In this document: positions 56,763 through 64,000 of the stretch, piece after piece
Layout of the letters: each line of letters starts with the position of its first letter
Position numbering within the stretch: the stretch's first letter is position 1
From: a virus
DNA: 64,000 nucleotides
IMG/VR virus record: IMGVR_UViG_3300025536_000001
Location: 1 to 64,000 of that record
Strand: one strand, 5' to 3'
Notes under the pieces: generated by a model
Told to the model about the DNA's origin: nothing
What the model saw: only the letters and a program-made list of their open reading frames with translations
Database searches by the model: none
Translations under genes and position numbers: made by a program

Positions 56763-58821
56763 TTTTGAAGTAGAGTTTGCCTCCACGGGGAAGAAGTTAC
56801 AAGGTTGTCACGAGTTCAAACCTGGCATGACTGCAATCACTGGCCCCAATGAGAGTGGTAAGTCGATGCGCCTGGAGATGATTCGTTACGCCCTGTTTGG
56901 TACCAAGGCCTTGAGGGCCCCGTCCTCATCGTATAAAACACTTAACGTATCGATGTGGTTCACCGTGAATGGAAAGAGTTATTCCGTTGTACGTAGTACA
57001 TCTCACGCGTCTCTGAAGCAGGATGGGAACATGGTGGCCAACGGAACCAAGGCCACCAACGCGGCGATGATTGATATCTTTGGATACAATCTTGATGTGT
57101 TTGATACGGCCAATGCTATCTGCCAGAAGGAAGCAGAGTCCTTAACGCGAAAGGCGCCGGCTGATCGGAAGAAGATGGTGGATAAGGTTATCGGCTTGGA
57201 GACTATAGATGATCTAGTGAACGAGGTCTCTGAACAAATCACACTCACAAACGCGGAGATCAACGTGGCCGGTAAGATGTTGGGTGAGGCTCCCCAACCA
57301 CCAGAGGTACCCAATGGGTACCAACCATCAGAGACCTTGAAGTCTCTTCTGATCGTCCACGACAAGCGGCGGGAAAGGGAAATTCAATACAAAGCACAGT
57401 TGGACGCGGCTCGGGTAGATGAACCAACTCCCCCAGGAGGAGAGCCATTACCAGCTGAGTATGTTCAATCTCTCATAAATCAGAAGGTGGAGTATGACAC
57501 ACTACAACAGTGGGTAAAAGACTCTACGCAGATTTGCAACGAAGTGGAGAAGGACTGGGCTAAAAATAATGTACGCTGGTTAGCGTACTTGGAAACAGCA
57601 TCAATGGAATATATGCAAGAGTACGTTTCCAATGGATACGGAGCCTTGTTTGAGAAGTTCCATGATTGGAAAGCCAGACAGGCAAAGATTGAGGAACCGA
57701 AGATCTCGCTGGCCGAGTTGGCTTTGGTGAACAAATACATTCAGAACTACATGATCAACATCGATCTTCGTCAGTACGAGAATGATGGGGTTGAATGCCC
57801 ACACTGCCACGTATCGTTTAACCTTGATCAGTCAAAGATTGATGCACTCAAGGCACAACTTCATAATATAGATGAGGGAGCAGCGAAAGAACTTGTTACA
57901 AAACATAACATATCTTCTCTGAAAGATTGTGTAAAACATGCCCAAGCCTGGGATCAATACGAAGGAATCTTGAGCATACCAGAGCCACCTATACCCGCGG
58001 GTAAATTCTTGGGATCGGATAGATATGTCCTGGGGGTAATAGAGGATTTGAGCAAAAGAGATTCTGATGAAACTACGTTGGCTGTAAGACAAGCCAATAG
58101 GGATAAGGCCATCGAGTCTGTGAAGGGTAAAGAAGATCCTACTGATAGGCTTCGCATAGCTACGGAAGATTTAGGAGAGTGGAATAAATACCGAGATTTA
58201 AAAGAGAGATGGGATAAGTATGAGGCACTACGCGCGGAGTTGGAACCCTCCCTCGGTATCCTCGCGGACTCCGCACAGGAAAGAGCATCCTGTTCCTACG
58301 CCCTTAACCTCTCTCTTCAGTATGAGAGAGATCTCAAATCTTTTGACGAAAGAGTGTCAGCAAGGGCAACAGCGGAGCAGATGGTTAAGGAAACAGAGGC
58401 AAAGTTGCTGCAGCTTACCACTGTGAAGAAGGCTCTTGCTGCTTTAAAGCCGCGTGTCAAGTCATATTTGATGCCAAGTCTTAACCGCGTGTCCTCAAAT
58501 CTTTTGTCACAAATGACAAACGGAGCGCGAAATAGAATTGAAATCAACGACCAGTTTGATATACTGGTGGACGGTCAGTCTGTTTCAGAGATGTCTGGAT
58601 CTGGAGAGGCCATCGTAAACTTGGCTATCCGGCTGGCGCTGGGCACCGTCCTCACTAACAAGGTGTTCAGTGTTCTTCTGGCAGATGAAATTGATGCTTC
58701 GATGGATAAGGAACGGGCGGCGTATACGGCAGAGTGTTTGAGAAACCTGAAGCAGACCATTTCTCAGATCATCATTGTCAGCCACCAGAAACCAGAAGCG
58801 GATTTTCAAATAGAACTCTGA
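56746..58821 (+). CDS. sbcC: SbcC/Rad50-type ATPase
   Basis: Walker A GPNESGKS, long coiled coil with CPHC zinc hook, and C-terminal LLADEIDASMD. Confidence 0.85.
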   Translation: MIIQLNFEVEFASTGKKLQGCHEFKPGMTAITGPNESGKSMRLEMIRYALFGTKALRAPSSSYKTLNVSMWFTVNGKSYSVVRSTSHASLKQDGNMVANGTKATNAAMIDIFGYNLDVFDTANAICQKEAESLTRKAPADRKKMVDKVIGLETIDDLVNEVSEQITLTNAEINVAGKMLGEAPQPPEVPNGYQPSETLKSLLIVHDKRREREIQYKAQLDAARVDEPTPPGGEPLPAEYVQSLINQKVEYDTLQQWVKDSTQICNEVEKDWAKNNVRWLAYLETASMEYMQEYVSNGYGALFEKFHDWKARQAKIEEPKISLAELALVNKYIQNYMINIDLRQYENDGVECPHCHVSFNLDQSKIDALKAQLHNIDEGAAKELVTKHNISSLKDCVKHAQAWDQYEGILSIPEPPIPAGKFLGSDRYVLGVIEDLSKRDSDETTLAVRQANRDKAIESVKGKEDPTDRLRIATEDLGEWNKYRDLKERWDKYEALRAELEPSLGILADSAQERASCSYALNLSLQYERDLKSFDERVSARATAEQMVKETEAKLLQLTTVKKALAALKPRVKSYLMPSLNRVSSNLLSQMTNGARNRIEINDQFDILVDGQSVSEMSGSGEAIVNLAIRLALGTVLTNKVFSVLLADEIDASMDKERAAYTAECLRNLKQTISQIIIVSHQKPEADFQIEL

Positions 58822-58828
58822 GGATGGT

Positions 58829-59200
58829 ATGTACGTACCAAGAGAAGAAAGGAAACAAATTGTGAGTGCGCTTCTAGCAGCGAAAGGAGACCTGACCGCC
58901 GTATCACAGCGGTTGAAGATCCCTCTTGCGAGGGTGAAGTGGGTTGACGTTGTGGAGAACAACCGGTTTGGTATTAAGATCGAAGCGCTTCCGCGCCCTG
59001 AATTGTATCCATACATCATAGCTGTCAGGGATAATGAGTCATGCCGTGGGTGGGGAGCTAAAGACCCAGTGATAATGGAAGCCCGTAGGCTTTACAACGA
59101 GGGTCTGGTAGAGATCACGTCAATGACCCATGAGAACATCGTGGTCTTGTATGCTATCCCCAGACGAGAGAAAAGAATCCGCCAGGATTATTTCAAGTAG
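58829..59200 (+). CDS. Putative HTH DNA-binding protein (123 aa)
   Basis: N-terminus IVSALLAAKGDLTAVSQRLKIPLARVKW looks like a helix-turn-helix. Function unknown. Confidence 0.45.
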   Translation: MYVPREERKQIVSALLAAKGDLTAVSQRLKIPLARVKWVDVVENNRFGIKIEALPRPELYPYIIAVRDNESCRGWGAKDPVIMEARRLYNEGLVEITSMTHENIVVLYAIPRREKRIRQDYFK

Positions 59201-59266
59201 GAGAAGATAGATGAGAAGAACATTTTGGATGAAACTACGGAGCTTCATACTGGGTTATGGGTGGGC

Positions 59267-59707
59267 ATGATGAACACGAAAGACACCAATCCCAAGGATG
59301 CCATAGGAATAAAGAAGGCTCCTCTTTCCACAGTGCCCTGCGCGGTACTTATGGAGCTAGGTGTGGGTATGTTGGAGGGAGCATGCAAATACTCTCGGCA
59401 TAATTACCGGGTCGCCGGCGTTCGCGGGTCTGTCTATTATGACGCAACAATGCGGCATCTCATGTCGTGGTGGGAAGGTGAAGATCTAGATCCTGACAGC
59501 GGCCTGTCCCATATCACCAAAGCTATTGCTTCTCTTGTCGTCTTGAGAGACGCGATGATCAACAACAAAATGACTGACGACCGTCCTCCCAAGCTGCCGG
59601 AAGGATGGTTGAATGATCTGAATGCTAAGGCAGCAGCACTACTGGAAAAATACCCAGAACCAAAACCCGCCTACATAGAAGGCGATCAACACAAAGGAGA
59701 AGTCTAA
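59267..59707 (+). CDS. DUF5664-like (dATP/dGTP diphosphohydrolase N-terminal-type) protein
   Basis: NPKDAIGIKKAPLSTVP...GACKYSRHNYR...YYDATMRHLMSWWEGEDLDPDSGLSHITKAI fits that family as I recall it. Confidence 0.5.
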   Translation: MMNTKDTNPKDAIGIKKAPLSTVPCAVLMELGVGMLEGACKYSRHNYRVAGVRGSVYYDATMRHLMSWWEGEDLDPDSGLSHITKAIASLVVLRDAMINNKMTDDRPPKLPEGWLNDLNAKAAALLEKYPEPKPAYIEGDQHKGEV

Positions 59708-59961
59708 TGTCGACGATGAGAGCAAAACTGAGGGTGAGCTACATTAAAGAGCACGAATATGACGGCAAAAAGCAGGGTGAGAAACTCAGCTTCCACGCTG
59801 TTTGTGCCAGCAAGTATCCTGAAGATGGTTCCGACGAGAACAATACCTACGCAAAGTTCTCTCCGAGCGCCAACTTTGAGATCCACGTTGCCAATCCTGC
59901 CTTGTTCGACAAGTTTAAGGTCGGTGAAGAGTACTACGTGGACTTCACGAAAGCTGAATAA
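59707..59961 (+). CDS. Hypothetical protein (84 aa)
   Basis: ORF track. AAAGGAGAAG SD. Confidence 0.55.
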   Translation: MSTMRAKLRVSYIKEHEYDGKKQGEKLSFHAVCASKYPEDGSDENNTYAKFSPSANFEIHVANPALFDKFKVGEEYYVDFTKAE

Positions 59962-59985
59962 CCCTCAACATAAAGGAATACAACC

Positions 59986-60552
59986 ATGCAAATGAGAGAT
60001 TACCTGGAGCAGAGCTCCAGAACGGCTGACGCTGAGCCGCGTATCGACCTGACCATTATTGAGACAGAGCATAAACTTCTCCATGAAATGACCAACATGG
60101 CCATCATGGGTCTGACGGGGGATTTTATGAAGCGTACCCTATTCTATCGGGTGCATAAAGGTCTCGACGATTACTACTCAAAAGAGCTTGACCGGGTTAA
60201 TGAGTTGTCAAAGGCGATTGACACCACAGGCGAGATCAACTTCATCTCCGATGAGATCAATATGATCCACGCCATTCTCGGCATCCAGAGTGAGCTGTCA
60301 GAGCTTACGGAAGCACTGGTAGGCGCTGTTACCTCTGGGAAACGCATTGACGTTGTTAATGTGAAGGAAGAGGCTGGTGATATTCTATGGTACACAGCCA
60401 TGCTGCTCCGTGCGATCGGCAGCAGCTTTGAGGAAGCTGCCCAGAGCAATATCGATAAGCTGAAGGTTCGCTATCCTGAGAAGTTTGAGACGCATCAGGC
60501 CGTGAACCGTGACCGCGCCGCCGAGAGAGCAGCCCTTGAAGGGAACGCATAA
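59986..60552 (+). CDS. mazG: MazG-like nucleoside triphosphate pyrophosphohydrolase
   Basis: SELSELTEAL...KEEAGDILWY carries the EExxE/D metal-binding pattern of MazG. Confidence 0.8.
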   Translation: MQMRDYLEQSSRTADAEPRIDLTIIETEHKLLHEMTNMAIMGLTGDFMKRTLFYRVHKGLDDYYSKELDRVNELSKAIDTTGEINFISDEINMIHAILGIQSELSELTEALVGAVTSGKRIDVVNVKEEAGDILWYTAMLLRAIGSSFEEAAQSNIDKLKVRYPEKFETHQAVNRDRAAERAALEGNA

Positions 60553-60553
60553 A

Positions 60554-60787
60554 ATGAACATCAAAGAATTGCTGACGTTGTCACATGAAGCGATCAGGGA
60601 TAAGGGAAAGGATGCCAGGGTGGTTGTGGCAATGCCATATAAAATGAGCGGGTCATCCCTCCCCTACGGGGTGAATGGACCGGTTTGCCACATCATAAAG
60701 AGCAGTGAGCAGATGACGGTGCTGGAGTTCAAGGCCCAGGAAGTCCTGGATTTTGTAGCTGGCGATAAGACGGTCGCTGCCATTTAG
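60554..60787 (+). CDS. Hypothetical protein (77 aa), last plus-strand gene
   Basis: Track ORF trimmed to ATG 60554. Its stop lies 3 nt from the convergent spanin stop. Confidence 0.5.
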   Translation: MNIKELLTLSHEAIRDKGKDARVVVAMPYKMSGSSLPYGVNGPVCHIIKSSEQMTVLEFKAQEVLDFVAGDKTVAAI

Positions 60788-60789
60788 TC

Positions 60790-60951
60790 TTAGCACTTCT
60801 CATAAACGGCATTGTTCTTTTGAATTTGATCGACGGTCTTTTTAGTGTCACGTTTTGAAAACGAAACTGGGTCATAGGTGAGACAGAAACTCCCTGGTAA
60901 GTGTTGACACCCAGAGAGAAGAGCGATCAGGATAATCCACCTTAAATCCAT
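60790..60951 (-). CDS. o-spanin (outer-membrane lipoprotein, Rz1-like)
   Basis: Own translation: MDLRWIILIALLSGCQHLPGSFCLTYDPVSFSKRDTKKTVDQIQKNNAVYEKC, with lipobox LLSGC. ATGA overlap with the i-spanin stop. Confidence 0.7.
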   Translation of the reverse strand: MDLRWIILIALLSGCQHLPGSFCLTYDPVSFSKRDTKKTVDQIQKNNAVYEKC

Positions 60952-61166
60952 CAATCCCTCTGGTACTTTTTATCGAGCTCGGCGCGGAACTCTGGGTCAT
61001 TATCCAGGCGTTCACGTATCTTCTTGGCCTCTGCTACAGCCTCAAGGGTACGAGCCGCCTGGCGCCCACGCTCCTCGGCTTTTGCCCTACCCCCGGCAAG
61101 GTGAATGATGGCCCCAATAAGGAGGCTAACAATCGCCAGGCCGAGGATGTAGGGCAGCAGCGTCAT
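60951..61166 (-). CDS. i-spanin (Rz-like)
   Basis: 71 aa with an N-terminal TM (LLPYILGLAIVSLLIGAII) followed by a charged helical region. Sits in the lysis cassette. Confidence 0.6.
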   Translation of the reverse strand: MTLLPYILGLAIVSLLIGAIIHLAGGRAKAEERGRQAARTLEAVAEAKKIRERLDNDPEFRAELDKKYQRD

Positions 61167-61351
61167 TTCTCGATGTTCCGATCAGTGATGAAGATCTGGA
61201 TCAGGCCAACAAGAGACATACCAGCGGTCATAATGGCTGCAGCCTGCTCTGGCTTGAAGGCCAGACCGGCGGCAGTGAGGATAGAAAAGATACCCTTCCA
61301 GGTGCTGTCGTGCTTTAGGTATTCGAAGATGTTATCAAGAAAGCTGTTCAT
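61163..61351 (-). CDS. Holin (two TM segments)
   Basis: 62 aa with GIFSILTAAGLAF and AAAIMTAGMSLVGLIQIFI. Immediately downstream of the endolysin. Confidence 0.6.
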   Translation of the reverse strand: MNSFLDNIFEYLKHDSTWKGIFSILTAAGLAFKPEQAAAIMTAGMSLVGLIQIFITDRNIEK

Positions 61352-62007
61352 TTTGATTCTCCCTTTTGCTTGGTGAATAACCTGGCAAAAAATCCAGGCC
61401 TATTCTTAGTCTCAACCGGGGGTGGTTTTTTGTCAACCTCTTTAGGAATAAGAAGTTCCATATTACTTAAGAACCAGTTGGCTCTGTTTATCCAACCATC
61501 GTGGTTGACCACCTGCGCGGGATCCAAATGGATAATATTTTCATAAAAATCTTTACGTTGAGTAACGATCTCTGTCAGGACGGCCTTCGCCCCATATTTC
61601 TCCACCGCGGCTCGGGCCCAGGTTAGGGTATAAGGGCCTATCAGACCATCAGGGCGGGGCGCGAAGCACTGCATGTTCTTCAGGCCCCATTGCAGGATGC
61701 GCCCAGCATTGCCGGCGCCGTGGTTAACCGCCATGTCGAATACTAGGCAACGAAGACATTCAGGAAGCTTATTGCAGCTTACATCGTTCCAATAAACTTC
61801 AGTATAGATCTTAACCGCGGTCTCACGTGTAAGGTTCTGCACATCCTTATCGGTAACAGCCTTGGTGAGATAGGATTGAAGAGTCCTCTTAGTGATGCCG
61901 AATTTGGTGGCGCCCCCACGGTCGCTCTTTCGGTTAGTGTACTTCGCCCCACCCTCAAACCGGTCGATTGTGTGGTTGATTATGTCGTCTCTTTCAATAA
62001 GCATCAC
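61348..62007 (-). CDS. Endolysin, glycoside hydrolase family 108 with C-terminal peptidoglycan-binding domain
   Basis: IDRFEGGAKYTNRKSDRGGATKFGIT is the GH108 signature. Confidence 0.85.
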   Translation of the reverse strand: MMLIERDDIINHTIDRFEGGAKYTNRKSDRGGATKFGITKRTLQSYLTKAVTDKDVQNLTRETAVKIYTEVYWNDVSCNKLPECLRCLVFDMAVNHGAGNAGRILQWGLKNMQCFAPRPDGLIGPYTLTWARAAVEKYGAKAVLTEIVTQRKDFYENIIHLDPAQVVNHDGWINRANWFLSNMELLIPKEVDKKPPPVETKNRPGFFARLFTKQKGESK

Positions 62008-62255
62008 TTATCCCCCAACCCTATATGTGAGATGATAAAGTTTGAGAACAGCGCCCAGATAGTACTGACGAGGATGCTGACACCAGTAATGAGGCGCATG
62101 TTGAACTTATCTGTAGTTTTTTCCTCAACGTCAGCAGCTATTTTGTGAGCTTCAAGAGTGCTCACCTTGGTAGTGAGATTATTGAGGGTTGTATCTACCC
62201 GGTCAAACCGGCTCTCCATGCTCTTGAAGTACTGTACGATCAGATCTTCATTCAT
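62004..62255 (-). CDS. Membrane-anchored lysis-associated protein (second holin/antiholin candidate)
   Basis: 83 aa from ATG 62255. Helical N-terminus and a single C-terminal TM (LITGVSILVSTIWALFSNFIISHI). Confidence 0.45.
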   Translation of the reverse strand: MNEDLIVQYFKSMESRFDRVDTTLNNLTTKVSTLEAHKIAADVEEKTTDKFNMRLITGVSILVSTIWALFSNFIISHIGLGDK

Positions 62256-62262
62256 CTGGCAC

Positions 62263-62616
62263 CTATGCGGTTGGCTCGTTAGTATTGCTATCGTCAAGCT
62301 GGAACTTCCCAGTCATTACTACAACCTCGGTCTCCGTACCATCCATGAGTCGGAACTCATGATAGTACAGACCGGAGGTCTCTTCATCAGTATCGTTGTG
62401 GTCAAAAGGAATCTCGACGGTGCCCTCGCCGGTGATCTCGCAGTCCGTTTCATCTTTCTCGATGATATAGGTGGTTGACTTCGAGTTCTTTGAAACACGA
62501 TAAAGCATGGTCTTACTGTCGAGAGGGACGAGAGCCCCGTCCTCATCCTTGATAGTGAGAACAATCTTCTTGACCTCACCCTTATAAATCTGAAAATTCT
62601 GGTTTATCTTAGCCAT
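62263..62616 (-). CDS. Hypothetical tail-associated protein (117 aa)
   Basis: ORF track. Beta-rich and acidic. Lies between fibre-region genes and the lysis cassette. Confidence 0.5.
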   Translation of the reverse strand: MAKINQNFQIYKGEVKKIVLTIKDEDGALVPLDSKTMLYRVSKNSKSTTYIIEKDETDCEITGEGTVEIPFDHNDTDEETSGLYYHEFRLMDGTETEVVVMTGKFQLDDSNTNEPTA

Positions 62617-62618
62617 CT

Positions 62619-62873
62619 TTATTCCTTAATCGAGCCCTGAAGGGCAACGTCCGTATGATATTTTCCTTCGAGAGATTCAAGAACATTGGTAGAACCGGTT
62701 AGGGGTATCTCTGGGCTATATATTCCATCCAAATTGTTGGTTTTATCAGAGGAACCAAGGAGAGCAAGCGTCGATCTATAAAGCCCAACAAGATAGGTGA
62801 CGCCCACCTTGACAAAGTTTAAAAACCCTGTCCCCCCTATACTCTTTCCACCTATTGAACCTAGACCTGGCAT
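62619..62873 (-). CDS. Hypothetical Gly-rich protein (84 aa)
   Basis: Track ORF trimmed to ATG 62873 (GAGG upstream). Confidence 0.4.
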   Translation of the reverse strand: MPGLGSIGGKSIGGTGFLNFVKVGVTYLVGLYRSTLALLGSSDKTNNLDGIYSPEIPLTGSTNVLESLEGKYHTDVALQGSIKE

Positions 62874-62934
62874 TTGACCTCGTAAGATTATTATACTAGA
62901 AAGAAAACCTTCTGACAAAGGCTTATCTTGTATC

Positions 62935-63114
62935 CTATTCTATATAAACAGATATAGGCTTCTGCACCCACTCGCTACCACTATACCATTTTACGGTCTT
63001 TAGCACAAAATCCCCTGAGTAATGTACATCTATTTTATCATCGGAAATCTGTTCGAAATCCGATGGTTTCGTGAAGGCCACACCAAGAGCACTTAATCTT
63101 GTTAATGAGATCAT
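62935..63114 (-). CDS. Small ORF (59 aa) downstream of the fibre gene
   Basis: Own translation: MISLTRLSALGVAFTKPSDFEQISDDKIDVHYSGDFVLKTVKWYSGSEWVQKPISVYIE. Just below the track cut-off. Confidence 0.4.
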   Translation of the reverse strand: MISLTRLSALGVAFTKPSDFEQISDDKIDVHYSGDFVLKTVKWYSGSEWVQKPISVYIE

Positions 63115-63119
63115 AATCC

Positions 63120-64000
63120 CTACACTATTATGAATGGGTCAGTGTTTGCTGGTGCTGCAGTGAACGCAGGATTTACTGTGATTAATTTAGTAGTCCCGTT
63201 GTAAGCAGTAATCGTCCTAGCCTCACCTGAAATCCCACCACCCGTGAAAACAATAACCCTTTTTTTATAAACGTCATCCACAGAACTTGTAAGGTCGGTT
63301 GTCATCTGGGTGGTAGTCAATGTACCCGTTATTGCAGTTCCAGGTTTCATAGAGGCGGCAGACAGAGCAAGATTTGCTGCTGCTGTTGCTGATCCATTTA
63401 TATACCTGGCATTAGCATTAATTTCATTCGCAACAGTAAAGGTCAGCTTGTCAGTCTGAGTTTTAATAGCCCCTACCTCAGTGTCAACATAATCGTCGAG
63501 GGTATCAAGACTCGTTTGACTTGCCCTGCTCGAAATGGTTGCATCAAGATTTGATGCAGTTAAACCTGTGACTGAACCAACACTACCTGACAGATTACCG
63601 GTAATATCACCAGTGATGTTCATCGTCTGGTCTGGAAGATTTATCGCGGTAAGACCAGCGCCTGCAACACCGATCTCGGCTGTATCTACCAATATGGCCG
63701 CGGTATCTACCTTCATGGCTATAATATCAGCAGCTACATTTGTCCCTGTAGCGTCTGTGACCACCGATTGATAAATAGTCGTCGCGTCTGCTGCAGGATC
63801 ACCTATTGCTTGGCCGAATGTTCCTTGTGTTTGGTGACCAGTGGCGTCCTCATCCCACACAGCATCCGCAATAACCGCAGCGGTTGGAATATCACCTACC
63901 GCAGCAGGAGAGGCAGGGATTAGATCGGTCTTCGCCTTGATAGCAGCAACTTCAGTATCCACAAAGTCATCGACGGTGGTAATCATCGCAGGGATATCCC
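63120..64000 (-). CDS. Tail fibre protein, C-terminal part; frame open to the right edge
   Basis: Thr/Ala/Asp-rich sequence with an internal repeat (DDFVDTEVAAIKAKTD and DDYVDTEVGAIKTQTD). The frame upstream of ATG 63986 has no stop before position 64000. Confidence 0.7.
   Translation of the reverse strand, partial: DIPAMITTVDDFVDTEVAAIKAKTDLIPASPAAVGDIPTAAVIADAVWDEDATGHQTQGTFGQAIGDPAADATTIYQSVVTDATGTNVAADIIAMKVDTAAILVDTAEIGVAGAGLTAINLPDQTMNITGDITGNLSGSVGSVTGLTASNLDATISSRASQTSLDTLDDYVDTEVGAIKTQTDKLTFTVANEINANARYINGSATAAANLALSAASMKPGTAITGTLTTTQMTTDLTSSVDDVYKKRVIVFTGGGISGEARTITAYNGTTKLITVNPAFTAAPANTDPFIIV

Noticed and set aside
59267-60552. 2-aminoadenine (Z-genome) pathway suggested by a dATP/dGTP pyrophosphohydrolase-like protein plus MazG
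   Set aside because: No PurZ-like adenylosuccinate-synthetase homologue (GDEGKGK-type P-loop) or DatZ-like HD protein is visible among the ORFs of this window.
17012-60787. Lysogeny module (integrase, CI/Cro-type switch, excisionase)
   Set aside because: No tyrosine or serine recombinase motifs and no divergent repressor pair were recognised in the window. The parS site alone does not establish a temperate or plasmid lifestyle.

Overview
The window is a large slice of a tailed dsDNA phage genome of siphovirus type (long tape-measure gene), not bacterial chromosome. All family assignments below rest on motifs I recognise by eye. No search was run.

Layout:
1. 1-16905, minus strand: late morphogenesis operon read right to left. 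It holds a GpA-type large terminase, portal, protease-scaffold, decoration protein, HK97-type capsid protein, neck proteins, major tail protein, a chaperone with a putative -1 frameshift, a 1476-aa tape measure, distal tail proteins, and a fibre gene that leaves the window.
2. 17012-21898, plus strand: Prim-Pol/D5 primase-helicase, a DUF1937-like protein and ThyA, closed by a terminator.
3. 21949-39154, plus strand: an early block of about 45 small ORFs plus rIIA/rIIB. It starts after a 600-bp non-coding region containing a GC-rich tandem repeat and a near-consensus sigma70 promoter with an operator. It also contains an 860-bp non-coding region with a canonical parS site, direct repeats and an AT-rich tract.
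4. 39170-60787, plus strand: middle/replication block. It holds an HNH endonuclease, a glycan-modification cluster, an SNF2 helicase, flap endonuclease, ligase, family-A polymerase, nucleases, SbcCD and MazG.
5. 60790-64000, minus strand: spanins, holin, GH108 endolysin, small tail proteins and a second fibre gene that leaves the window.

I saw no tRNA, rRNA, CRISPR array, integrase or CI-type repressor.

Most unusual signals:
- Fourteen exact copies of the 13-bp palindrome GTTAGAnTCTAAC (GANTC core) occur only in the early block. Some lie inside genes, always in the one open frame, and four supply stop codons. A miniature CcrM/HinfI-order methyltransferase-like ORF sits in the same block.
- A second motif family, GGGCACCCTCC, is often coupled to the palindrome.
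- A perfect chromosomal-type parS site is present, with no ParA/ParB gene visible.
- A glycosyltransferase / DUF115 / hydrolase / PIG-L / FkbM cluster carries at least one homopolymer frameshift.
- A ribbon-helix-helix gene is embedded antisense in the late operon.
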